Positions 9,640 through 18,288 of a DNA stretch of 37,858 nucleotides are shown here, in pieces. Source of the DNA: Halorarum halobium (GTDB lineage: Archaea; Halobacteriota; Halobacteria; Halobacteriales; Haloferacaceae); the NCBI RefSeq assembly GCF_032116555.1, contig NZ_CP134949.1:3286001-3323858 (forward strand). Reading direction: 5' to 3'. The first letter of the stretch is position 1, and every line of letters starts with the position of its first letter. Both the position numbers and the translations under genes were made by a program. The notes under the pieces are model-generated. The model had not been told where the DNA came from. It was given only the letters and a program-made list of their open reading frames with translations, and did no database searches.

Positions 9640-9737
9640 TGTTCGACACCTCGAACGCCTGGGATGCTATCATCGAGTGCATCGCGTTTTTCTGTGAGCC
9701 AGTAGATACTTGGAACCGCCGAGAATACGGGTGTTTA

Positions 9738-10379
9738 GTGAACGAGAAGCCCGATTTCGAGAAGGAGAAGTCAGGGTTCGTAAACGAGAAACGACGGGGT
9801 GAAGATCCACCTGACTTCTTGACTGAAAAACTCGACAACAATATGAATAGAGAATTAATGCAGATTGCGGTCCTCAGAGAACTCTATCAAGGAAATCGTC
9901 CATACTATTCGCTGTCACAGATCCAGGGGCGATTTGGTGCGTCGAAAAAGACGGTGGGGAGTCGCCTTGACGAAATGACTGAGTTAGGTGTTTTGAGGAA
10001 GGGGGTTATCAATAACGGCGATCATTGGTGGATTGACTGGGGTATCTCTGAATATCCGATTCCACCGGATGTAGAAGTTTACGAACCCAATGACGAGGAG
10101 ACGGTTTCAGAGTTTTTCAACAAGCTTCACATCCAGATGGGAGTCATTGCACTCCTTGCTACGGTGATTGGTGGAGCAGTTGTGTGGCTAGGCACGCTTC
10201 AGATAAGTGGTGCATTTTCGCTTCCAGTACCGGCCTCGGACATTCTCTCAGTTGGGCTGCTCACACAGGCTGTAGCGTATATGCTTCTGCTCGTGGCGAT
10301 TGTTGTTTGGATGATGCAGAAAGCAATCAGCTCTGATGAAGAAGAAATCGACATATACCGCCTGCTTGGCAGAGAATAG
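9738..10379 (+). CDS. Hypothetical protein with winged-HTH-like N-domain and two C-terminal TM helices
   Basis: SLSQIQGRFGASKKTVGSRLDEMTELGVL is HTH-like, followed by two hydrophobic stretches. AT-richer codon usage; start uncertain (9738 GTG or 9843 ATG). Confidence 0.7.
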   Translation: MNEKPDFEKEKSGFVNEKRRGEDPPDFLTEKLDNNMNRELMQIAVLRELYQGNRPYYSLSQIQGRFGASKKTVGSRLDEMTELGVLRKGVINNGDHWWIDWGISEYPIPPDVEVYEPNDEETVSEFFNKLHIQMGVIALLATVIGGAVVWLGTLQISGAFSLPVPASDILSVGLLTQAVAYMLLLVAIVVWMMQKAISSDEEEIDIYRLLGRE

Positions 10380-10408
10380 AGATTCAATGACTCTGAAAGC
10401 CGTTTTAT

Positions 10409-13400
10409 TTACATGAAGTCCGCGATGCCCGATTGCTTGTTCTTGTCGTTCTCGAACACCGACTCCAGCGAGCGCTCGAGGATCTCCAGGCGCTGTTTCG
10501 TGTACTCCCGGCAGTCGAACTCGTCGGCGACCTGGATGGCCGTGTCCATGTACTTGTTCACCGAGCCCTGGTGGACCGTCAGCGTCATCCGGCCGCCACA
10601 CTCCCGGCAGTCGCCCGTAAGCGGCATCCGGCGGTACTTCTCCCCGCAGTCCAGACAGCGGGTCTCCTGCCGGGAGAACGCCCGGAGGTTGCCGATGAGG
10701 TCCGGCAGGAAGTGGTACTCGATGACCCGCTCGGCGACGTCCGTCTCGTCGACCGCGCGGAGCTTCCGGGCGAGTTCGAGCTGGGCGTCCATCTTGTCCA
10801 TCATGGACCCGAGCGTCTTGTACGCCGAGAGGTCCGGACCGAGCGCGATGTCCGAGGTGTCGTGGGTGTGGTCGAACCCGCGGTACTCGTCGTCGGTGCC
10901 GAGCGTGTCCTCGCCGAGCTGGATCCGGTCTTCCACCGCACCCGGATCGGCCATCTCCAGGGTCGCCTCGTAGAACTCGCGGGGGTAGCGCCGCACGATG
11001 TCCATGTTGTGCGCCTCGTCGTCGATCTCGGCGGGGTCGATGCGCGAGGACATCACCAGCGGTGCGTCCATCCGCCCGCCGCGCTTGTCCGGGAGGAACT
11101 GCTTCGAGAAGTTGAGCAGGCCGTCCATGAGGAGCATCACGCAATCTTCATCCCCGTCACAGTTCCGGCGCTTCGATGCGTGAAAATACGGGTGGGCGTA
11201 GCCGACCGCCGCACTCGTGAACCCGACGACCCGCCCCACGACCGCCGCGCTCGTGTGGGGTGCCATCCCGAAGACGAGTTCGCCGACGAGGTCGTCGCGC
11301 CCGTTCACCTCGTAGAACGGGTCCAGCCCGTAGAAGTCGGCGAGGAGTTCGTCGACGAAGTCGGCCGTCTTCATCATGTGGTCGGCGGCGCCGTCCGAGA
11401 GGACGATGTCCTGCACTTTCAGCTCGACCAGCTGCTCGTCGTGGACCAGCGGCTCGCCGTCGATGTCGGTCTCGTAGCCGAGTTCGCGGAAGTGATCGGC
11501 GGTGACGTCGAGTTCCTCCGGCCGGACCGACGTGACGGGCAGGTCCGTCATGTCGTAGCGCACGGTGCCGTCCTTGAACGCCGAGACGCCGTGTTTCGCG
11601 CGCAACACGCCCTTCTCCAGCGGCTCGGGCGTCTTGTTCGCGGAGGTGAGCCCCTTCACCCCTTTGAGGATCTCGAAGGACGCTTCCCGCTCGTCGAGCG
11701 CGTCGAGCGCGTTCCAGTACTCGTCGTTGAGGTCGAGCCGCTGCCAGGCGACGCTCTCGACTTCCCGCTCACAGCGGGGACACTCGACCCGGCCGGACTC
11801 GTCCGGCTCACAGACCGTGCCGCAGTCCTCGCACTCGAAGTGGGGCTCCGTGTGGGCCCCACAGTCCGGGCAGACGTTCTCGAACGTTCGTTCCGAACAG
11901 TCCGGGCAGGCGCGCTCGCCGAGCAGGACGTCGAAGACGCCGCGGCCGTGGTCGGTCCGCTCGCGGGCCGCCTCGCCCACGGAGCGCTGGCTGCCGCCGA
12001 AGTCGCGGATGGGGAACAGCGCGTGGACCGCCGGCGAGAGCTCGCGGCTCTCGGACTTCTCCGGGCGACCCATCCGGTTGCCGATGCGTGTCGGGGCGCG
12101 CTCGCGCACCGCGAACTCCGCCACCTCGTTCACCGCCTCGACGGCGTTGTCGCCGTCGGCCCAGGTGCGGGCCCGCTCGCTCAGGTCGTCGAGCTCCCAG
12201 TCCCGGCGCAGTCCGTCGGTCACGCCCAGCTGTCGGAGCAGCGGCCGGAAGTCGGAGATGCGCAGCGCGTCGGGCGTCTGGCTGTGCTCGACGAGCAGCG
12301 ATTCGAGCGTCCGCCGGGTCGAGTCGGTGTGCTCGACCGCGAGCACCTCGCCCGTGACCTCGCCGGCGGCGGTCGCGGCCGCGAGTTCCGCGTACGCCTC
12401 GACGGAGACGTCGTGCCAGCAGTAGGTGTAGGCGGGGTGGAGCGGCGCGTCGTACTCCTCGACCCAGGCGAGCGCCCGGTCGGCGTCCGGGTCCGCCAGG
12501 TCCATCCGGGGGTCGTCCCGGAGCGCCTGCAGGTCCGCGCCGGCGGCCGCGAGGTCCTGTTCCCACCACTCCCGCACGTAGGAGGCGGGCGCGAGCGGGT
12601 GGTTGTTCTCGACGAACTCGCCGTAGTTCACGAGGTACTCCCCCAGGTCGATGATCTCCTCGACGCCGTTTCGCACCTCCAGGGCCTCCGCGGGGTCGTC
12701 GATGCGGCGCACGTCGCCGTTCGCCAGCCGGACCGTCGGCCCCTCGATGGAGTCGACGGGGACGACGCCGCCGGCCTTCCCCGGCCGCTCGGTCTTGATC
12801 TGGGTGCCGGCGGCGAGGAAGTCGTCGACGATGTGCATCGTCGCCGGGTGGACGCCGGCGGTCGCGAAGCCGTGGTTGCGCGCCCGGCCGTAGCGCAGGC
12901 GGAACCCGCCCGCCTCCGAGGGGTGGCCGAACACCGGCCGGCCGGCGATGAGGTCCCGGAGGAACTTCCCCGTCGGCTCGACGCGCTTCGGGCCGTCGGC
13001 GGCAACCGGGGAGCCGTCGGGAGCGTCGAGTTCCGTCTCGGCGGCAGCCCCGTCGCCGTCGGCGTTCTCGGCGCTCGCTCCGTCGGCGTCCGCGTCCGAA
13101 CCCTCGTCCGCGTCGGCACCGTCACCCCCCTCCGCGTCCGCGTCGTCGCCGCTCTCGTTGTAGGTGCCGTCGATGAGGTCCTGGAGCCAGGGCCAGTCGA
13201 CCTCCTCGAGCTGGCGGGTGTAGCGCTGGATCTTGGGGGCCTTCAGCGCGATGCCCTCGGCCAGGACGAGACACATGCCGCCGCGGGCGGAGTTGGTGTC
13301 GACCCGCTCGAGGTCGCGGAAGCCGGAGACCTCCTCGTCCCCGGTCGCCTCCCCGTCGAGCATGATCGGCATGTGCTCGGCGATGAACTTCGTCTCCTCG

Positions 13401-13996
13401 TCCTTGGGCGTGTACTGGAGTCCCGTCTCGGTATCGTACAGCGAGATCTCCTCGGCGTAGCGCTCGACCTCGTCGCCCCGCGGCGCGTACTCCTCGACGT
13501 CGAGCAGCGAGCGCGCGTAGTCGGCGACGAGCACGGAGAGCGCCTGCGCGGTCCCGCCCGCCGAGCGGATCGGGCCGGCGTAGTAGACGTTCACGAACTC
13601 CGTGCCGTCGTCGTTCTGGATCAGTTCCACCCGGTCGATCCCCTCGATGGGCGCGGCGACGACGCCCTCGGTGAGCAGCGCCACGGCGGTCCGGACCGCG
13701 CCCTCGATCTTCCCCTCGCGGGAGTCGAAGTCGCCGACGTCGCCGTCGACGAAGTCCGTGACGAGTTCGAGCGCGGCCTCCTCGCGGGAGAACTCGCCCT
13801 CCAGTTCGCGGACGCGCTCGGCGACGCCCGGGATGCCGAGGATGTTCTCCACGCGGTCGGCCATGTCGCGGGCGACCGGGATCTCGATCTCCGGTTCGGG
13901 GTCCTTCCCCTGGCCCTTCGCGGCCTCGGCGCGGTCGAACGCCTCGTCGAGGCGCTCCTCGATGCGGGCGAAGTAGCGCTCGTCGTCGGGTCTCAC
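10409..13996 (-). CDS. polC: DNA polymerase II (PolD) large subunit DP2, no intein
   Basis: YAGPIRSAGGTAQA, GFRLRYGR, KDGTVRYD, KRRNCDGDED catalytic motif, zinc fingers and a C-terminal PIP-like QSGIADFM. Confidence 0.98.
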   Translation of the reverse strand: MRPDDERYFARIEERLDEAFDRAEAAKGQGKDPEPEIEIPVARDMADRVENILGIPGVAERVRELEGEFSREEAALELVTDFVDGDVGDFDSREGKIEGAVRTAVALLTEGVVAAPIEGIDRVELIQNDDGTEFVNVYYAGPIRSAGGTAQALSVLVADYARSLLDVEEYAPRGDEVERYAEEISLYDTETGLQYTPKDEETKFIAEHMPIMLDGEATGDEEVSGFRDLERVDTNSARGGMCLVLAEGIALKAPKIQRYTRQLEEVDWPWLQDLIDGTYNESGDDADAEGGDGADADEGSDADADGASAENADGDGAAAETELDAPDGSPVAADGPKRVEPTGKFLRDLIAGRPVFGHPSEAGGFRLRYGRARNHGFATAGVHPATMHIVDDFLAAGTQIKTERPGKAGGVVPVDSIEGPTVRLANGDVRRIDDPAEALEVRNGVEEIIDLGEYLVNYGEFVENNHPLAPASYVREWWEQDLAAAGADLQALRDDPRMDLADPDADRALAWVEEYDAPLHPAYTYCWHDVSVEAYAELAAATAAGEVTGEVLAVEHTDSTRRTLESLLVEHSQTPDALRISDFRPLLRQLGVTDGLRRDWELDDLSERARTWADGDNAVEAVNEVAEFAVRERAPTRIGNRMGRPEKSESRELSPAVHALFPIRDFGGSQRSVGEAARERTDHGRGVFDVLLGERACPDCSERTFENVCPDCGAHTEPHFECEDCGTVCEPDESGRVECPRCEREVESVAWQRLDLNDEYWNALDALDEREASFEILKGVKGLTSANKTPEPLEKGVLRAKHGVSAFKDGTVRYDMTDLPVTSVRPEELDVTADHFRELGYETDIDGEPLVHDEQLVELKVQDIVLSDGAADHMMKTADFVDELLADFYGLDPFYEVNGRDDLVGELVFGMAPHTSAAVVGRVVGFTSAAVGYAHPYFHASKRRNCDGDEDCVMLLMDGLLNFSKQFLPDKRGGRMDAPLVMSSRIDPAEIDDEAHNMDIVRRYPREFYEATLEMADPGAVEDRIQLGEDTLGTDDEYRGFDHTHDTSDIALGPDLSAYKTLGSMMDKMDAQLELARKLRAVDETDVAERVIEYHFLPDLIGNLRAFSRQETRCLDCGEKYRRMPLTGDCRECGGRMTLTVHQGSVNKYMDTAIQVADEFDCREYTKQRLEILERSLESVFENDKNKQSGIADFM

Positions 13997-14035
13997 GCGT
14001 CGGCCTCCGGTCCCGAATTCATCCGTCGACCCCCG

Positions 14036-14455
14036 TCACAGCCAGAGGTCCAGGTCGGTCACGTCGTCGCGTTCGCGTTCCAGCGGCGTCTCGAACGCGC
14101 GGAGGTACGCCTCCCCCGCGAACACGGTGCCGGCGTTGAGGTGGCCCGCGAGCGCCTGGCCGCTGCGGCGCGAGAGCACGGCGTGGGTGTGCGCGAAGCG
14201 CTCGCCGTCCAGCAGCGCGACGTTGCCCACGCAGGCCGCGACCTCCAGCGGCTCGTCGAACTCGACCGAGCGGTACTCCGTCTCATCCTGATCGTAGAAC
14301 CAGACCTCCGCGTCCTCCACCGCGCCCATCGCGGTGAACCAGCCCGCGTCGGCCTCGACGCGGTCGGCCAGGGCCTCGAGTTCGGCGCGCCAGTCGCTCC
14401 CCGTCTCCAGGCGCGCGAGGTACTCGCCGTCGGTCTCGACCTCGCGGTAGTTCAT
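14036..14455 (-). CDS. PPC/DUF296 domain protein
   Basis: LARLETG, GAVEDA, CVGNV, HTHAVLS and GHL motifs; start MNYREV. Confidence 0.9.
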   Translation of the reverse strand: MNYREVETDGEYLARLETGSDWRAELEALADRVEADAGWFTAMGAVEDAEVWFYDQDETEYRSVEFDEPLEVAACVGNVALLDGERFAHTHAVLSRRSGQALAGHLNAGTVFAGEAYLRAFETPLERERDDVTDLDLWL

Positions 14456-14579
14456 GTCCCGACGGTCGTCCGACTGGGTGTAAAGGGTTTCTCTCGGGCC
14501 GGGCGGGGAACGGGTCGCGTCGGACGAACCTGCCACGTCGACGGCGTCGGCCGAACCGTCCACGCCGGGGAACCAGTCG

Positions 14580-14656
14580 GGGTGCGGTGGCGGTCACGCG
14601 AGCGGAGCGAGGCTGAGTTTCGAGGAGTTCGCTCCGAGGGCCGGGAGGGTGAGGCC
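14580..14656. repeat. Partial copy of the dispersed intergenic repeat family
   Basis: GGTGCGGTGGCGGT is the exact reverse complement of 31969-31982; GGGAGGGTGAGG resembles GGGAGGGCGAGG near 32207. Confidence 0.45.
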
Positions 14657-14787
14657 TACTCACCGCCAGCAGCAGTGATCCGCGAGCCCATACTACTGGC
14701 AGGATCGAAACACCGGCGAGTCCACGGAACCGACACGATCGAACACGCTCGAAACCTTCTTTCACGACCGGGCGACACGTCCCGAAG

Positions 14788-15591
14788 ATGCCGTTCCCGA
14801 ACGCCGACGGGAAACACGAGTGGGACGCGCTCGTCACCCCCGAAAGGAGCGCCGAGTACAGCCGCGACGTTGAGGGGCCCGGTCCCGAGACGATGCCCGA
14901 GGCGGTCGTCCTCTGCTACAGCCGCGACCTCATGGAGCACCTCGTCGAGACGCGTCCCGGGACGCACGTGGACGACTTCTACGGCGACCTGTACCTGTTC
15001 GACGAGACCGACGGGCGGGTCGGCGTCCACGGGAACTTCGGCATCGGCGCGCCGACGGCCGCGATGGTGCTGGAGGATCTGGCCGCGGCCGGCGTCGGGG
15101 CGTTCCTCTCGGTCGGGTTCGCCGGCTGTCTCGACGACGCGGTCGGGATGGGCGATGTCGTCGTCCCCGACCGCGCCATCCGCGACGAGGGGACCTCACA
15201 CCACTACGCCGCCGCCGGGGTGGACGCCGTCCCGACCGAATCGCTCCTGGCCGAGACGAAGCGAGTCCTCCGCGACGACGGCGACGATCCGTTCCACGTC
15301 GGGCCCACCTGGACCACCGACGCCATCTACCGGGAGACGGGACGGGAGGTCGAGCGATACGCCGACGAGGGCGTGCTCACCGTCGAGATGGAGGCCGCCG
15401 CGGTGTTCACCGTCGCCGCCCACCGCGGGGTCGACGCGGCCGCGATGTTCGTGGCCAGCGACTACCTCGGCCCGGCCGACTGGGAGCCGAAGTTCCACCT
15501 GACGACGGCGGACCTGCGGCGGCTGGGCGAGACGGCGGCGCGCGTGCTCGCGGCGTACGTCGGGGCGGAATCGATCGAAAACGGGGACTGA
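14788..15591 (+). CDS. Nucleoside phosphorylase (PNP/UDP-1 family)
   Basis: GIGAP, GFAG, RDEGTSHHY, WTTDAIYRET, VEMEAAA and SD motifs. Confidence 0.9.
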   Translation: MPFPNADGKHEWDALVTPERSAEYSRDVEGPGPETMPEAVVLCYSRDLMEHLVETRPGTHVDDFYGDLYLFDETDGRVGVHGNFGIGAPTAAMVLEDLAAAGVGAFLSVGFAGCLDDAVGMGDVVVPDRAIRDEGTSHHYAAAGVDAVPTESLLAETKRVLRDDGDDPFHVGPTWTTDAIYRETGREVERYADEGVLTVEMEAAAVFTVAAHRGVDAAAMFVASDYLGPADWEPKFHLTTADLRRLGETAARVLAAYVGAESIENGD

Positions 15592-15630
15592 ACGGCGGGG
15601 ACGGGTTCGCCAACGGAACCACGCCCGACG

Positions 15631-15999
15631 TCACTGTACCTCGATGGGGGTGCCGCGCGGGGCGGCGTTCTGGAGCACCGGCAGCCGGACCTCGAGCACG
15701 CCGTTCTCATAGGCGGCCTCGATCTCGTCCGGTTCGATCTCCTTTGGCATCCGGAACGTCCGGTGGGACGTCTTCCGCCGGTTTCGCTCCTCCTCGTCCC
15801 GCTCGGCCGAGACGTTCAGCCGGCCCTCGTACCAGTGGAGGTCGATGTCCTCGCGCTCGAAGCCGGGCAGTTCGACCGTCAGGACGAAGTCGCCGTCCTC
15901 CTCGTACAGTTCGTAGTCGGTGCGCCCGCTCCCGAACAGGCGGGAGGGGAGGTCGAGACTCTGCGTCCAGTTGCTGGTGGGACTCGTCGGTAGCGCCAT
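15631..15999 (-). CDS. Hsp20/alpha-crystallin small heat-shock protein
   Basis: ELPGFEREDI and AAYENGVLEVRLP motifs. Confidence 0.93.
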   Translation of the reverse strand: MALPTSPTSNWTQSLDLPSRLFGSGRTDYELYEEDGDFVLTVELPGFEREDIDLHWYEGRLNVSAERDEEERNRRKTSHRTFRMPKEIEPDEIEAAYENGVLEVRLPVLQNAAPRGTPIEVQ

Positions 16000-16121
16000 T
16001 CTCCCTCACCCGGACGGTCGTATGTGGCCGGGTGAACAAAGATTTTGTGGTATTTTTCGCATCCCATCACGAATGACAGCAGTAATATGGAGAATAACGG
16101 GCAGTGTGGAAGTTTCGACGG

Positions 16122-17249
16122 TCACTCCAGCCGATCCAGCACCGCGTCCGGCTCGTACGCCAGCGACAGCGACCGCGACCGCCCGCGCCCGTCGACCTCG
16201 GCGTACTCGGTTTCCAGCACCCCGAGCTGCTCCAGCTTGTTGATGATCTCCGAGTAGCGCGTGTACCCCAGGTCGGTCCGCTCGTGGAACGCCTCGTACA
16301 CGTCGCCGGCCTGCTCGCCGTCGTGGGTGGCCAGCACCTCCACCAGCCCGCGCTCGGACTCGGAGAGTCCCCGCAGCGAGCGGGAGAGGTGGACGTACTT
16401 CGACTTGTCGTACGCCTCCTCCACGTCGTCGGTCGAGATGGTCTTGGAGGCGCGCATCTCGGCGTTCAGCCCCGCGCGGCGGAGCAGGTCGATGCCGACC
16501 CGGAGGTCGCCCGACTCGGCGGTCAGCTCGGCGACGCGGTCGAGTTCCGTCGTGGCGAGCACGCCCTCGTTGAAGCCGCGCTTGGCGCGCTCGCCGAGGA
16601 TGTCGACGATCTCGCCGACCCCGTACGTCGGGAAGTACACCTCCTCGGGCCGGAACACCGACTGGACGCGCGAGTCGAGGTCGTCCATCACGTCCAGCGA
16701 GAGGTCCGAGGAGATGCAGATGACGCCGATCTTCGCGCCCGAGTGGGCCTCGTGGGCCCGCAGCAGCGAGTAGAGCGTGTCGGAGGCCTCGTTCTCGTAG
16801 AACAGGTAGTTCACGTCGTCGAGCGCGACGACGAGCACGTCGTCCTCCTCGACCAGCTCGTCGGTGATCTGGCCGAACAGCTTCTTGAACGAGATGCCCG
16901 AGGAGGGCGGCTCGTAGTCGAACAGCCCCTCGAACACGCGCGAGAAGACGGCGTAGCGCGTCGAGTCCACCTGACAGTTCACCCGGACCGTCTCGACGTC
17001 GGTCTGGGCGTGCAGTTCGCCGAACAGCTTCTGGACCGCCGTCGTCTTCCCGGTTCCCGGCGGGCCGCGGACGATCGTGTTGAGCGGGCGGGAGCCGCGC
17101 GCGGCGGGACGCAGCGCGTACTTCAGCGACTCCAGCTGGCTCTCCCGGTGCCGGAACGTCTCCGGCACGTAGTCGATCTCGAAGACGTGTTCGTCCCTGA
17201 ACACGGACTCGTCCCACGACAGCATCCCCTCCTCGGGGTCACCGGGCAT
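16122..17249 (-). CDS. cdc6: Orc1/Cdc6 family replication initiation protein
   Basis: YVPETFRHRE, Walker A GPPGTGKTT, Walker B VALDD, GDLRVGIDLL sensor and C-terminal winged helix with GRGRSR. Confidence 0.93.
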   Translation of the reverse strand: MPGDPEEGMLSWDESVFRDEHVFEIDYVPETFRHRESQLESLKYALRPAARGSRPLNTIVRGPPGTGKTTAVQKLFGELHAQTDVETVRVNCQVDSTRYAVFSRVFEGLFDYEPPSSGISFKKLFGQITDELVEEDDVLVVALDDVNYLFYENEASDTLYSLLRAHEAHSGAKIGVICISSDLSLDVMDDLDSRVQSVFRPEEVYFPTYGVGEIVDILGERAKRGFNEGVLATTELDRVAELTAESGDLRVGIDLLRRAGLNAEMRASKTISTDDVEEAYDKSKYVHLSRSLRGLSESERGLVEVLATHDGEQAGDVYEAFHERTDLGYTRYSEIINKLEQLGVLETEYAEVDGRGRSRSLSLAYEPDAVLDRLE

Positions 17250-17436
17250 CGTGCTAGAGGTGTCGCGCCCCGGACCACTTAACCGTTTGCTGGTGGTGCG
17301 GCGGAAGTGAAAGTGGTCGTTTCAGAACGTAATGTCCGACTTCGTCGCTATTTTTGTTTCAGTTCCAGTCGGTTCGACACGCGTTCGATACGACGCTGAA
17401 CTGAATGTTAATATATCATGGCGGGGGGTGAGAAGT

Positions 17437-18042
17437 ATGGACGAGGAGGGGTCCGAGGAGTCGGTCGATCTCGCGCTGGAGCAAGCACGGCGTGTCGTGG
17501 ACGATCAGTTGCAAACGCTGTCGGACATCGACTCGAAAGCGATCAAAATCCTTCGGCTCAACGTCGTTCTCATCGGTGCAGCTGTGAGTATCCTTTCCGT
17601 TTCGGTTCGATCGAACGGCTTTCCGAGCGCGCGATTAGTGAACGGATATACGGTAGTCGGTGGGATGTTGCTCCTGTCATCTACGTTAACAGCTGCAGCG
17701 ACGTATACGGCATCGACGGTGAAGGCCGGACCGAGCAGTTCCGACGTTTGGAGGATGATTTCCGGGAAGTACGATCCCGACGCAGTAAAACAGGGGTTGG
17801 CGGGAAGCTACGCCGACTGGATCGACCGGAACTACCGAACGAACGTCAAGAATGCACCCGTCCTGACGACGACGATTCTCTCGCTCGCGATCGCATTCAT
17901 CTGCTTCTCGGTTGGAGTAGTCGAGGCGGTGAGAGGACCGTTGCCAGTTGCTACTGTCGTTGTTATCCCTGTTCTGGTAGGGGTGTCAGTCCGGCGAACT
18001 GGATTGATCAATCAAATCAGACGCGCATACCGCGAGCGCTGA
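17437..18042 (+). CDS. Hypothetical multi-TM membrane protein
   Basis: ATG at 17437 after TTAATATA and GGGGTGA; 3-4 hydrophobic helices; AT-richer than flanking genes. Confidence 0.75.
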   Translation: MDEEGSEESVDLALEQARRVVDDQLQTLSDIDSKAIKILRLNVVLIGAAVSILSVSVRSNGFPSARLVNGYTVVGGMLLLSSTLTAAATYTASTVKAGPSSSDVWRMISGKYDPDAVKQGLAGSYADWIDRNYRTNVKNAPVLTTTILSLAIAFICFSVGVVEAVRGPLPVATVVVIPVLVGVSVRRTGLINQIRRAYRER

Positions 18043-18085
18043 GGATGGGCGAGTGTTTAACGACGGAGACCGAGTAAGAGAATCC

Positions 18086-18205
18086 ATGAGCGAGGCCGAA
18101 TCGGAGGAGTCCGAAAAAGAGATCCCCACGTTCGAAGGACAGGTCATCTTCAAGGGAGACTTCGACGAGGAAGACGAACCCACTCGGAGCCCCGGCGAAG
18201 AGTGA
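18086..18205 (+). CDS. 39-aa acidic small protein (not in ORF track)
   Basis: MSEAESEESEKEIPTFEGQVIFKGDFDEEDEPTRSPGEE; halophilic composition; TTTAA about 26-31 nt upstream. Confidence 0.55.
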   Translation: MSEAESEESEKEIPTFEGQVIFKGDFDEEDEPTRSPGEE

Positions 18206-18288
18206 GTGGCAAGGAAAATTACGGCGAAGACGACGAAGAGAACGGACTCGGAACCGAAAATCCGGACGGTGCTGACGAGTAACGGAGC

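Noticed and set aside
11150..11190. Possible intein in PolD DP2
   Set aside because: The usual insertion site reads KRRN-CDGDED without interruption, so this is an intein-free allele.
10433..15502. 1689-aa plus-strand ORF
   Set aside because: Mostly the antisense shadow of polC and the PPC gene; high-GC codon bias leaves the opposite strand stop-poor, and the composition is not halophilic.
17250..17436. Replication origin next to cdc6 (GTTCCAGT resembles an ORB)
   Set aside because: Only one partial match, no paired ORBs with G-strings around an unwinding element; many haloarchaeal cdc6 paralogues lack an origin.
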